Shown one piece after another: positions 1 through 14,100 of a stretch of 64,000 bases of DNA. The position numbers and the translations under genes are program-made. The DNA is from Paragordius varius (Eukaryota > Animalia > Nematomorpha), in contig OZ176058.1 in assembly GCA_964247055.1 (NCBI GenBank), forward strand, positions 4,340,001 through 4,404,000. The letters are read 5' to 3'. The notes under the pieces are model-generated. The model did not search any database. It was given only the letters and a program-made list of their open reading frames with translations, and was not told where the DNA came from. Within the stretch, counting starts at the first letter, position 1; every line of letters begins with the position of its first letter.

Positions 1-266
1 CAAAACGCGAATGAAACAAACAGGTGATATTAATATCTAAATATATTTATCAAGTTTTTGCTGTTAAAGTGAGTCTAAAAGTTTTTTATAGATTAAAATT
101 ACTTTTTAACCATAATTTACATTTAAAAAGTTTATGGGGGCACAAAAGTTTGAGATGAGGATTTTATAATTTTTTTAAAAAAAATTGTATAAAGCGCCTA
201 AAAGGCTAAAGGAGGCATATTTGTGAATTGAATTTAATACCTTAAATATATTTTGAGATAATTACA

Positions 267-457
267 GTAAGCATTTTAATGATTGCTTATTTTATACTAT
301 AGTTGTATAGTTTTTGCCACACAGTAATGTATGGAAAAAAGAAAGGAAATAATTGTTTATTCAACATTTCGTTGTTTGATTTTTTATACACTACTGTGTT
401 GCAAATTGTCCAACTATAGTGTAAAATAAGCAATCATCCAAAATGCATATTGTAAAT
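267..457. mobile_element. Small inverted-repeat element (MITE-like, single copy seen)
   Basis: GCATTTTAATGATTGCTTATTTTATACTATAGTTG ... CAACTATAGTGTAAAATAAGCAATCATCCAAAATGC. Confidence 0.6.
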
Positions 458-1029
458 TTCGATTCTATGAAATGCAAAACTACCCCAAAAGGTCAAGGAG
501 TTTTAAAATTGATACCATATTTTGATCTTAGTGCTCAATAATATGTCTTGACTTGATAAAGTTCTTATGAATTAATTAATTTCGAGGTGCTCATTAATTA
601 GAAGGCTTCTAACAAATAAATAGAGTTTGTGTGGATTTGTCATTCGAGGATTTAAAATATTGTCTTAATTAGGACTTTTCCACCTATTACTTTTAATAAT
701 AAAAATAATAGGAGGGTTTTAAACAAATTTGTTTTATGTTTATAAAAATCTTACATATGCAAAGGAAACAAAATTGCACAATTTTTTTTCTGTTTTAGAT
801 TGAAAAATGAGTTACATAAAAAATAAATATGATTGTGGAGTCTTATAAGGTTTTTTTAATATTAAGGGGGGGTTTTAGATATATCAGCGCAAGGAAAAAC
901 ATATACTGCGTACAATAACTTATCTATAAACGTAATAAAGACAAATAAATTTTTAAAATCAGGCTTACTTAAACCTTGATTTACAGTATGAGTAAGTATA
1001 GATTGATAGAAAGTTATTAATTATTACCA

Positions 1030-3812
1030 TTAGTAAATACAGCAAAGGGCATTATTGGCTAATAATACAAGTGAAAAAATATTTATAACCCAATAATACT
1101 GCCCTTTGTTGTATATGATGATATTTGGAAATAAGTAATAACTTTCTAGCAATGTATGCCAATTCATACTGTTAATTACATCGTTTCCAATTCCAATTTT
1201 TATCAAACTGTGTTCACAATAAATAAAAATTAAACAATATAATATAAATATTTATTCCATCAAAATATAATATATACATATTTTAATAAATATAAAAATA
1301 AAATATATAAAAATAAAATAAATAAATATTTAATAATTAATCCAGGCCAGACTTTCAAACCAAATACCACATCCTCCACCAACGAAGCCCCATATTTTTT
1401 ATTTTATCATATTTTTGAATTTTCGAAATTATTAATATATTAAAAAATAAAAAATATTTAGAAATATTTAAATAATATTAAGAATGAAAAATATTTTTGA
1501 AATATTTAAGTAATATTAAGAATTGAAAAAATTAAATCAATAAATTACCGAAAACATGCCATATGGTAAAAAATTTTGCTGGATATTCTGCATTTGCAAA
1601 GAATATAATTAAATTTAAAATTATAACTTTGTTAATATATAAGACAAGTCGAAAATCTAAAAAAATCTATAAAAAAAACTATTTTTTAATCCTAAATAAC
1701 CTTATATTTTATATTATGTGATTATCAATTTCTTTCTATCAGATCATATTTTGTAACTCAAAATAACATAGGTTATAATCCAAAAATACAGGTGAAAATA
1801 TGATGTTCTTAAAAATATATATTTTTCACTCTCATATTTATATATTTATAAATTTTTGGATTAAAAACGGTTTATAAAAAGCATTTATTGTTTTAATCAA
1901 TTCTTATAATAAAATTTTTTAAAAAATATCCAAAAATCCGCGTAATTTAGAAATTCATTATATTTTTAAACTAAAGTACTTTTTTGATATATTACAGTCA
2001 TGTATCCTTTATTTTATCAAAAATTTATTTTTTTGTTAAATGGGTATAAAATTTGGTAGAGAATAAAAAAACAAGAGCTCTATTCTTATACTTTTTTGAT
2101 TAATATAATCTTGTTAATATCATATAGCTCTTGTTTTTTTCCATTCTTTACCAAATTTTTTTAGCCATTTAACGAGTTAAAATAAATTTTTGATAAAATA
2201 AAGGATACATTACTGTATAAAAAAACTCTGTAAAATTAGTTAAAATGAATGTTTCTGAATAATAGAATATATATAGGTAAAAGAAATTTGTTTAAAAATT
2301 ATAAAATTCTTTTTTTGGTAAAAACATTAAATTAAAGATGAACAACGTGTTGATAAATACGAATAAAAATCCTTAATATTTAGTTTTATTTAAATTAAAC
2401 ATTTACCTTTAGGGGTGTGATGTGGCTTTTTCCCGCCTATAAAATTAGGGGTAAAAATAAATTTAACACCGATATTATTAAATTTTTACAGACAGAATAT
2501 ATGACAAATCCAAGTTTTTTTCAAAGGCAATCAACCATAATATTCCTTCTTTAATTTTAAATTTTTATTTTTATCATACTATTTTTTCATTAATTTTAAT
2601 TTTTATCATAAAATTACAGTAAAACTGAAATTGTACGGACAAAACGTAAAAATACTAAAGACAAATATTTTTTTCTAAAAGACAACCATACTTTTTCAAA
2701 CTTTGATTCTTTTTATATTGGCTATTTAATTACAGTTGTTATTTATATAGAATTGATTGTGGTGGTAATTTATATTTCATATTTCTATTTTAAACTTTGC
2801 CATTTAAAACAATGAGTTATATATAAAAAATGATAAGTTTGTTTTTTTTTGAAAATGTTAATTGTTTTTATTCTTTACAATTTGTCCATATAATTTCAAT
2901 TTTTACTAAACGATGAGTTAGAAATAAAGTAAAGTTTTACACATGTTTATCTATTGAAAAAATATTTGTCAGTTTGTGCTAATATGTTTTTTGTAATTAG
3001 TTAATTAGAATTTTTCTTCTTGGAAAACGCCATCTTTTTATTTAATAAGGTAATTTTGTTAAATTTTTATTATATACCATTTACAGTTCAAATTTACCCT
3101 TGAACGATTCAAATTCACCCTAAAATAAATTTGTCTTTTATAATTTTAAATTACCTATTTTTATATTTATATATAATGAAATTTTGAAAATTAATATAAT
3201 ACTAAAAAAATAATTGACTATGCCATAACAATATATTTTATATGAATGATGAGTTATATTAGCTGCCCGAAAACACATAATTTATATTTAGGGTAAATTT
3301 GAATTGTAAATAGTATATTTTGTTAAATATTTATTTTTTTAGAGAATATATTTTTGATTATTAAAAACTTTATTCATATTGTTATTCTTTTTTGATGAAC
3401 AAATAATCAATAAAAATTAAAATATGAAAATTAAAATTTTAAATAAAATATATTTTAAAAAAATTACCCAATAAAATTGACAAAAGTAATTTAATCCATC
3501 TAATGTCTAAATCCGATGAAGTTGTAGGTTTTGATTCTTTTTCCAGGAGGGACCCTAAAAATAGAAAATATTTTTAAAATTAAATTTGTTTACACAAAAA
3601 ATTATTAATTTTTAAAAAAAAATAAAAATTAAATTTACTAATAAAAATATCAAATTTTATCCAATCAAGACGCCACCACCATATATTTGAGTGATCTAAA
3701 AATATTATAAAAGGCAAATAAAAATATTTATTGGGCACAATTAAAACACAGAAGAAAATTAAAAAGATATGGAATTAAAATAAAATAAAAAAGTAAAAAT
3801 CTAAGTTTTTTC

Positions 3813-3855
<43 letters not shown>

Positions 3856-6800
3856 ATAAACGGATAAAACGTAAAATTAAAAAAGATTTTGTTAAAAGAA
3901 ACTAAATCCATATATTGTTTTTAAATTTTAGTGCAAAATTAATTAAAATTAAATCAAAATAAAATAATCACCAATATAACAAAAAATATCCAAGAATCCG
4001 TATTTTTCGTCAACTGCATAATCTATAAATAAATATATATATAAATATATAATATATATATATTTATATAAATATATAAAGTATAAAATAAATTAATAGA
4101 TTTTTGAAAATTTGTTTCAAAAAGTGTTTCAAAAAGTTATTAAATTGAATTATACGGAAGGACAAAACGTGAAAATATAAAGACAAATATTTTTTTCTAA
4201 AAGACAATCATAGTTTTTTAATCTTGATTTTTATAAATATATCTCATTGTTTTAAATGGCAAAGTATAAAATTTAGATGTATATTGGTAACATAATCAAT
4301 TATATATATTATAATTGTAAATATATATATCATTTACATGTAAAAAATTTAAATTTAAAAATGTGTGGTTGTCTTTTATAAAAAAAATTTTGTCTTTATA
4401 TTTTTACATTTTTGTCCGTAAATTTCAATTTTTACTGTATATATCTATAAAATATAAAATATAATTATTTTGATAATAAGGAGAAAAATTATAAGCTTTT
4501 TTTTAAAAATTGTTTGAAAAAGTGTTTAAAAAAAGTTATTTATTAAAATCAATAAATTTTAAATCAATTTGAATGTTAACCTTTGTTGTTTTATCATTAT
4601 ATTTTTAAATAAATTACTCTTTTTTGATAAGATACAATTTGAGTTAATAAACTTTATGCAAAATATTACTAAATATCTTAAAATTAATAAAACAATAAAT
4701 TTAAAATGGAACTAAATTGTAAAACAAGATTTAAATTTTTTTAAATCACTTTTTTTTATAAAAATGTAAAAAACCTGAAAAAATGACTTAAAACTAAAAA
4801 CTTTTCCATTTCAATCCCTGAAAAGTTATAAATAATATTATATTCTCTTACAGCAGTGGTCGACTAAGGCGGCTAAATAGTTATAAGAAATAATAAATTA
4901 TATATATAAATATTTATATAAATTTTTTTTGAAAAAAATTAACGATTGATTTTTAAATAATAATGAAAAGTAAATTGTTTAAAAGTTATTTAGAAGTCTC
5001 CAACAAGCGGCCCGTGAAAATTTTGAAATTTTTGATAATTTGCAAAAATATGCTTAAAAAATCTTTTATTAAAATTGATATTTCATATATTTTTTTCCAC
5101 TTGAGTTATTGACAAAAACGTATAAAAATTGTTACTTTATGTTTAAATTATTCAGTCTGACATTTTTAAATTGAAAAAAAAATAGTTATGAAAGCCCTTA
5201 TATATTTCAAATGCAGCTTTATTCTACGAAATATTAAAATTTTTCACATAATATTTAAAATATTGTAAATTTACCCTTAAAGTATCCAGTTTGGTTTGTA
5301 GAATTATGGTTAACTATCAAAGAGTAGATAGTAAATTTTTCTATAAGGCACAAAATAAGAATAATTAGAAATATATATATATAAATATTTATTATATTCT
5401 ATATACAGTAAAAATTGAAATTATACTATGGACAAAACATAAAAATATTAAGACAAATGCTTTATTTCCTAAAATACGACCATACTTTTTGAAACATAAA
5501 TGTTTCCCATAAAAACTACTTAGTTACGATTGTAAAATATAGAATTGATTATGTTAGTATTATATATCTCTATTTCACACTTTGCCATTTGAAACAATGA
5601 GGTATATTAATATAAATCTACATTTAAAATGTATGGGGTTGTCTTTTAGAAAAAAAAATTTGTTTTTATATTTTTACATTTTGTCCGTATAATTTCAGTT
5701 GTTACTGTAATTGTATAGTTACTAATTTTCATCTCTATTACATACTTTGCAGTTTTAAACAATCAATTATATTTAAAAATAAAAAATATGTAAAAAGTAT
5801 GGTTAACTTTCAGAAAATAATATTTATCTTTATATTTTTACGTTTTGTCTGTATTTTTTCAACTATTTACTGTATGTCGGCAAAAAGAATTAATAATTTG
5901 TTTTGTCCGTATAATTTTAAGTAAAGAAAATATTTTTTAATGCATACTAATATAATTTAACTATTGTTTTTTATATGGCTTAGAATCCTAATAACTCAAA
6001 TTTATAATAATGCTATATACATAAAAGATTTGCCTTAGGGTAATTTTTTTTACAATTTTGCTTTAATATCTGTAAATATATATAGGTATATTCAAAAAAT
6101 AATAAAATTATAACGAAACCTTAAAACTAAAAGGCATGATAATTTATAAAAAGGACGTCTTATTTTACTATAATAGAACTTCAATGATTACAATTAAATA
6201 TATATTATTAGTAAATTTTATCTACTAAAAACCAAAACGAATTAATATTAGGTTTTGAAAGTATGGTTGTCTTTTATTATAAAAATTTTTAAGCCTTATT
6301 TCAATTTTTTCTTAAACTACACAATAACAAATGAAGAAAAAAGAAAAAAACACATTTATAGACTATATCGTTGGTTATTGTAAAGAAATGAACTTTAGAG
6401 ATGTAAAATGGTAAAAACTAAAAAAAACAACAAGCATTAAAAAGATTTTCTTTATACAGTAAAAACTGAAATTATACGGATGGACAAAACGTAAAAATAT
6501 AAAGACGGATATTTTTTTCTGAAAGGCATACATACGTTTTAAATCTTGATTTATTTAATTATAAATTATTATTTAGTATTGAAAAGTATATAAAGATATA
6601 TATTTTACTAACAAAATCAATTTTATATCTAACATTCGTTAAAATAGCTTACAGAGGAAAAATTAAGGTTTAAAAAAGTATGGGTGGGTTGCTTTTAGAT
6701 AAAAATATATATCTTTATATATTTACGTTTTTTTATCCGTATAACATCATTTTTTACTATATCTTTTAGTTTTATTTTTATGTTTTATCAATTTTTACTG

Positions 6801-8532
6801 TATATATAAAAAAATTAAGATGACTTTATACTTACCAAAAAATTTGGAAAGAGTTGCATTCATTATAAATTGTTTGAGAACTGAAGTTTGCATTTCAAAT
6901 GTACCTTTATTTATATATATAATACAATAAAAATTGAAATTATACGGACAAAACGTAAAAATATAAAGACAAATATTTTTATATAAAATACAACCATACT
7001 TTTTAAAACCTTAATTGCCACATAAAATATTTAATTACAATCGTAAACGACATAATAGATTGTGCAATTAATATACATTTTTATTTTTATATTTGCAGTT
7101 TACAATTAATTATATTAAAAAAAATCAAGATTCAAAAAATATGATTGTCTCTTTAGAAAAAATTTGTCTTTATATTTAACGTTTTGTCCGTATAATTTCA
7201 ATTTTTATTGTAATATAAAATTTTTTTTAAATTAAACATTTAACTATATAAAAATTGAATTTAAAAATATAAAACATATAATACTCGTATTCCCGATTTG
7301 TAAGATTTGTTTCTCAAATTCTGTAAAGATGTTCGAAGGCACTGATAAATTATCTAACAAATAGTTAATTAAAATTGAAAAATATTGAAATTAAAATCTT
7401 AAGTATTATATTAATTACAACAAAAATTAATTTAGATATAATTTTAGCGCGTAATTTTTATCTAAACCATAAGCCTGTTTAAAATATAAACAATATGTTA
7501 CCAAATTTATTTATTCGGATATTGAGTTTCGTCATATTATTGGCAAAATTTGATAAACTGTTGGAAATCTGAAAAAAAATAATTTTTTTAAAAAATTTAT
7601 ATATACCATTTACAATTCAAATTCACCCTTGAACATTTCAAATTCACCCTTGAACACTTCAAATTCACCCTAAAATAAATTATGTGTTTTCAGGCTAATA
7701 TAATTTATAATTAATATGAAATATATTTTACGACATGGTCTATTATTTTTTCAGCATTATTTAATTTTAAACAGAATTCTTAATTTTAAAAATATATAAA
7801 TAAAGGTAATATTTAATCTTAAGAAACACCAGATTTATCTTAGGGTGAATTTGAATTGTTCAAGGATGAATTTGAACTGTAAATGGTATATATAATATAT
7901 TTTCCAATAAATAAATTAAATTTTATTTTGTTTAATATATATATATATTACCCGAATACCTTCGGAACTACCAAATCCCACATTTACAGCCATCAGAAAT
8001 ATAAAAATGGCCCATTTAAGCCCTAAAATATAGAAATTTACAGTAAAAATTAAATTAAAACATTCAAAGACAAATATTTTTTTCCTATAAAAAAGGCAGC
8101 CATACATTTTAAACCTTGACTTTTTAAATTTGAAACCTTAATTATATTAGAAATATTAATATAACTACGTTTAAAAGATAACTCATTGTTTTAAATTGCA
8201 AAGTATAAAATTGATATGCCAATTGGTTACACAATCAATTATATAGTTTACAATTGTAATTTAATTTATATGAAAATTAAGCTGTATAAAAGTATGGTTG
8301 TCGTTTAGAAAATAATATTCTAAATATTTTTACTTTTTGTTCGTATAAATTCAGTTATAGATATTTAAAAATTATTTAGGTTTAAAGAAGGGTTTAAATA
8401 AAAACATATTTGTCTTTTAATTTTTTAAATTTATCCGTTTAAAATCAATTTTCACTGATATAATCGAAAATGTAATATAATGTAAAACTTACTACAATGT
8501 ACAGGATTATAATATAGGAACATTTTTTTCAT
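1030..8532 (-). CDS. Unidentified multi-exon membrane/secreted glycoprotein gene (about 328 aa if the last two exons are right)
   Basis: Exons 8532-8493, 8022-7952, 7568-7502, 7353-7285, 6904-6836, 5340-5275, 4872-4852, 4022-3972, 3695-3639, 3554-3468, 2436-2407, 1656-1549 are all GT-AG and phase-compatible; nine consecutive ones are phase 1-1 with lengths divisible by 3. Tentative exons: 1440-1368 (no AG) and 1207-1030. Hydrophobic N-terminus LKWAIFIFLMAVNVGFG, six N-X-S/T sequons, HSNIWWWRLDW, later hydrophobic segments. Family not recognised. Confidence 0.7.
1995..2215. mobile_element. MITE family C (about 220-235 bp perfect-foldback type), copy 1
   Basis: ta|CAGTCATGTATCCTTTTATTTTATCAAAAATTTATT...AAATAAATTTTTGATAAAATAAAGGATACATTACTG|ta. 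Confidence 0.88.
3820..3852. repeat. (AT)n microsatellite (others at about 23268, 27598, 33741, 49225, 56135-56192, 58300, 58605-58642)
   Basis: Direct dinucleotide runs. Confidence 0.9.
5406..5707. mobile_element. Representative MITE family A copy
   Basis: ta|CAGTAAAAATTGAAATT...AATTTCAGTTGTTACTG|ta with matching roughly 90-bp inverted ends. Confidence 0.9.
7606..7886. mobile_element. Family B foldback-like element (further copies at 3077-3313, 8740-9005, about 61195-61445)
   Basis: ta|CCATTTACAATTCAAATTCACCCTTGAAC...GGTGAATTTGAATTGTTCAAGGATGAATTTGAACTGTAAATGG|ta. Confidence 0.85.
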
Positions 8533-11126
8533 GAAGTTGTCAAAGTTTTTTCATAAAAAATCACAAATGTAATAAATATTGTATTAAATTCTTAATTTAT
8601 AATACCCAACAAACATTAAATGTGTTTTTTTCCAGAAAAATATATGCCTTAAGCCTTTTTTACATCCTATTTCTTATTCATCTTTGTAAATTAAAAATAA
8701 TTTATATATATTATATATATATAAATATTTGTATATATACCATTTTCAGTTCAAATTCACCCTTGAACACTTAAAATTCCCCCTAAAATAAATTATGTGG
8801 TTTTTAGCATTAAAAATTACCTTTATTTTTTTATATTATTAAAAAAATAAAATTATGTATAAAATTAATATAATACTGAAAAAATATTTAACAATGCCAT
8901 AAAAATAAATTTCATATTAATGGATGAGTTATATTAACCAGAAAACACATAATTTATTTTTAGGGGGTTTTGAATTGTTCAAGGGTGATTTTGAATTGTA
9001 AATGGTACATAACATTAGAATCCGAAAAATCAATTTAACTCGGTAGCATATAATATAAAATAGATTTTGTCCATAATTATGCACACAAAATTAATATTAA
9101 TGTATGGAGAGAATTTTGTTCATTTCAGACTATTTTTTGATTTTTACCATGCGCATATGGTATAAAATAAAGCATTCCATAATAAAACGCACACAAATCA
9201 ATGTTAAAGTATAGTTAAATAGTTAAACCATTTTTTCCAATATTAAAAACCTTAAGTTTAATTATTTTTATGACGAAGTTTCTTTAACACCATATGCTAC
9301 TGTTAATAGGTAAACTACACTTAATTTTACAAATACTAGGTTATTTAAACAAAGGTTTAAAGTATGGCTTATGTTTTAATAAAAAAAATATTTGTAAATT
9401 TTTTTGCATTACCGTAAAATTTTTTAATAATCATTGAAGTAATTAAAAAAAAATATTTAAATTAATCTTACGCACAGAATTTTATTAACATTATTTTTTT
9501 TCTTCGAAGTTGTCAAAGTTTTTTTTTTCTAAATCAAAAATATTAAAATAATAATTTTTAAGTCTATTTTTATACTCACACTTGTTGTACTGTTTATATT
9601 ATAATTTACAGAAAAATATTTGCCCTAAGCCCTTTTTTTATTTTACGTCCTGTTTGATATATTTTTACTTGAGAATATCTCTGAAAAAAATTAATATTAT
9701 ACAAAAATATTTTATAATATAAGATATAAATAGAATTTTTTTTAGATACCCCAAAAAAATCTCTTCAAATTTAGTAACATATAATATAAAATAAGGTTTG
9801 TTAATTATAAAATACAAACTTAATGTTAACTTATAGGAAATATTGTTTAATTGTAGCCATTTGGTAGTTTTATCATATGATACTGTGAAAGATACAGTTG
9901 AATATGATAATAAATAATATTTGACCAAATTTAAACATTTAATTTATGTAAACATATAGGAATTAATGATTATTCATAGCCATTTGCTGGTTATTACCAT
10001 ATACTACTGTTAAAGGTTGTTAAATTTTTTTTAGTTTAATTTTTTAGTTTTACTTAATTTCACATATTCTGCATACATACAGTAGAGTATCGTAAATAAT
10101 AACATATGGTTAAACCCAACAATTTTCTACCATACTTTTACGTTAATATTTATTTTTGATTTTAGACAAAGTTTTTTATATGCCATATTAAAGTTTTAAA
10201 GCATACCCAAAATAATAAACTTTTTTCAAAATAAACATATAATATTAGAAATTATAAATTAACGCTGTAGCAAAGAAAATTTTTATTGGCTAATAATAGT
10301 AAAAAAAACAACCATTAATAATATGCCCTTTGTTTATATTATTTGACAATATAAATTTAACTTTTTAACAATGTTCCTCATACTGTAAATGAAATGAACT
10401 CAACTTTACTCTGCTACGTGAACACTTTTTGTGTAGGGAATTTTTTGACAACATACAATTTTTTAAATGATTGATTACTTATATTTTTTTGACGAGAGGC
10501 AAATTTTTTACGAAGTTAGTATTTTACATTAAAATTACATTAAATGGGCAAAAACTTTAATGTTAAAAAATATCAACAAATTTAGATGTTCCTTGAAAAA
10601 TTTAGATTGCCTTATGCAGAAAATTGTTTGAAGAAAATCAATCTTACTTGGTTTTTAAAAAATTTAGAAAATTTCTTACGGTGAGGGCACCCTAGATTAA
10701 ATGTATTTAATCTCTTACATTCATAAAACAAGATTTTAAATATACTTCTTTTGTTCAAAAAAATATATATGAATTTTGTTTTTCAAATTAAAAAACGCTT
10801 ATCATTCTATTAACTATAACTCTAATAAATCGGATGATTTCAAATTAAAATTTATAAAATATACATATACGAATGCTATTTATTCTGCTCAAAATCAAAT
10901 TATAATGTGTTTCTTAAATTAACAATTTTTATTGTCAATTATATATTATACAAAAATTAATTGATCATTTTTCTTTAAATAATTATGTTGTTTAAAAATT
11001 TATTTATTTCAGCCAGCAAATGTCAATAGAGTATATAGTTGAGCCTTGAAATATTTGTTTTGTATATTATAATTATTTTTTAAAAAATATATATTTTTTA
11101 TTTTAATTTAATATTTTACAAAAATT

Positions 11127-14100
11127 ATGTCACACGTCATTACAAGATATGTTGAAAGTTTCCATAGAAAAACATCCAATACGCTATTTAAAGGTATTTT
11201 TTTATATAAATTTTAAATTATATACCTTAAAGTTTAATAGTTTTAAAAATTTCAAATATAATCGAAGTAATAATTTACAATTAAAATCATTATAAAGACA
11301 ATTTTTTTTTAAAATACAACCTTACCTTCGAAATCTTGATTATTATAAACTTCTTGTTTTAAGCTCTAAAGTATAAAATAAACATATATATTGGTAACAC
11401 ACTCAATTAAATATTTAATGATCGTTAATAAATTATTTTAATAGAATAAATTAAAGTTTTAAATAGTATGGTTGTCTTTTGAAAAAAAAAATTCTATTAT
11501 TTTTACGTTTTGTCCATAGTATAATTTCAATTTTTACTGTATAGCTACGTGTTTTTTTAAAATAATAGGTCTTTTAGTTTTTCCATTATAATTTCAACAT
11601 TTACTGCATAGTTATAGAGTGCTTTAACAATTTTCGTTTCTTTTATTTATTTTGTTTCAAAACCAAAACATTAGTTTATGTTTTATAAAAACCATATCAG
11701 CCTTTATTACTTTTTATGTCTTGTCTGTATAATTTCATATTTTATATATATATCATAAAAGAGAACTAATTCATTAAAAATAATTGGTTAATAAAAATTT
11801 GTTACAAATTTAAAAAATACACATTTCCAAAATTAAAAATTTTTTGTTCAATATAATTATTTTTGCGTAAAAATATATGAGCTTTGCTTCCATATATTCT
11901 TACGGGACTCACCAAATATATTCGGAAAAGTTTGATTTTAACAAAAAAAATAATTTTTGTACCTTGCCAGATTCTCTAAAACAAGGTTAGTAAAATAATT
12001 ATTAATTTTTTTAGTAAAATTTATTTATACAAACAAAACGTAAAAATAGAAAGACAAATATTTTTATCTAAAAGACAACCATACTTTTTAAATCTTGATT
12101 TTTCAAATATAACTCATTGTTTAAAATAGCAAAGCGTGAAATAGAGATATTATATATAGATTACTAACACAATCAATTCTTTATTTTACAATTGTAACTA
12201 AATAGCTTATGTAAGTTTAAGGTTTTAAAAAGTATGGTTGTCTTTTAAATAAAAATATTTGTCTTTATATTTTAACGTTTTGTCCGTATAATTTTAGTTT
12301 TTACTGTATTTTAAAAAATACATGTAAAATTACCCTTTTATGAGTAGGGTATGAATGTGATTAATTTTTTAAATGGGTTACCAGAAATGCAAGCTAGCCC
12401 TCCGTTTAAGATATTTCAAAAATCTAAAAGATTGTTAATATAATAGAGTAAAAGTTGAAACTATAAGAGATAAATCGTTAAATCACATCAAGAGAAATAT
12501 TTTTTTTTCGAGCCTATACTTCTAAATCCTTGAATTTTAAATATAAATCATTGTTTTAAATACAGAGTATAAAATATAAATCTAAATTGGTAAGCTAATT
12601 AATTTTATATTTTACTGTAATAAATAAAATTATATTGAAAATTAAGGTTTAAAAAGTATAGGATTGTCTCTCAAAAATTATTTTGTCCCAATGTTTTAAC
12701 TTTTAATTTATTATTATAAAAATCCTAAAAGATTGTTTAATATAAATAAAATATCTTTATAAAAATTGCAGTTTATATTTTAAATTAATATTTTTAAACA
12801 TATTTTTTATATAGACGACACAAATTTATTGACTCAATATTCCAGGAAACCTGAGCCAATCGAAGTTTTAGAAAAAAAAGTTAATTTTTCACGCCGTGAA
12901 ATTAAACAATTATATCAAAAATTTAAACAAGTAAATATCAGAATTTTAATATTGTTAACGAGAACGAATATTTTATGTTAATATAATAATATAAATATTC
13001 GTAAAATTTACTAAATTGAACTAGAGGGAAAATTTTAATACGTGGATATTATTTTTTTCAATGGATTAACTAGTAACAAAAGAAAAAATAATAATAAAAT
13101 ATAATTAAAAGAAAATTTTAAAAAAAAATTATATTTTTTTATATTTTTTCATTAATGTTTGTTTTGTTTAAAAAATGCTTACATATATCGATAATTTTGG
13201 ATATAGTTTAATCTACTAAATTTTAAGAGAATTCAAAAAAATAAAATAATAATTTACATTTAAATTAAAACTATGAAGACAAAACGTAAAAATAAAAAGA
13301 CAAATGCATTTTTCTAAATCGCGTTTTTTCCTACATAAACCTTATATAAAAAATAATTTTAATGTATATAATGGAGTGTAAACAATTCATATTTGTTACT
13401 TACAACATAAAACGATAAGGAAAAAAAACCATTATAAAATATAGTTGTCTGCTTGAAAAAAATTTTTTCGTTTTAGTCATGTATCCTATATTTTATCAAA
13501 AATTTATTTTTTTTCGTTAAATGGGCGTATAAATATTTGGTAAAGAATGGAACAAGAGCTCTATGGTAATTCTTATTTTGATGAATATAGTGTTAATACC
13601 AAAGAGCTCTTGTTTTTTCGATTCTTTACAAAATATTTATACCCCCATTTAACGAAGAAAATAAATAAATTTTTGATAAAATAAAGGGTACATAACTGTA
13701 CGTTTTGTCTGTCTAATTTTGATTATTATACTCTTTTTCATTTAAAAAATATTTAGTTCTTATGTTTGGTATAGTTTTTATCAAAATTTTTTATTTTTTT
13801 AGAATTTTCCGCGTGGTTTTATAGATCATGAGGGCTTTCGAACACTCTTTGCAAATTTATTTAGTGATGGAAGTAAATATATTTATTGCAATTTAAAGTT
13901 GATATATTATTAGTTCTTTTGGAAGTTTAAAATGATAAATAACTCAAAATGTACAGTAACAACTGAAATTATACGGACAAAAAGTAATAATATAAAGACA
14001 AATATTTTTTTCTAAAAGAGAACCATAATTTTATCAAGCTTAATTTTTTCATAAAAAATATAAAATTACAATTGTAGAATATATAAATGATTGTTTTACC

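Noticed and set aside
7916-8107. 63-aa ORF as a stand-alone gene
   Set aside because: Only 7952-8022 is exonic (orphan gene exon 2); the ATG lies in a MITE.
9665-9928. 87-aa ORF (also 32901-33086)
   Set aside because: No recognisable motif or supporting splice structure. For the latter, the paralogous region at about 10.9-11.05 kb does not keep the frame.
10586-10680. Short ORF ending at a GTGAG donor upstream of KChIP A
   Set aside because: The frame is not conserved in copy B (32588-32692); more likely a 5' UTR exon.
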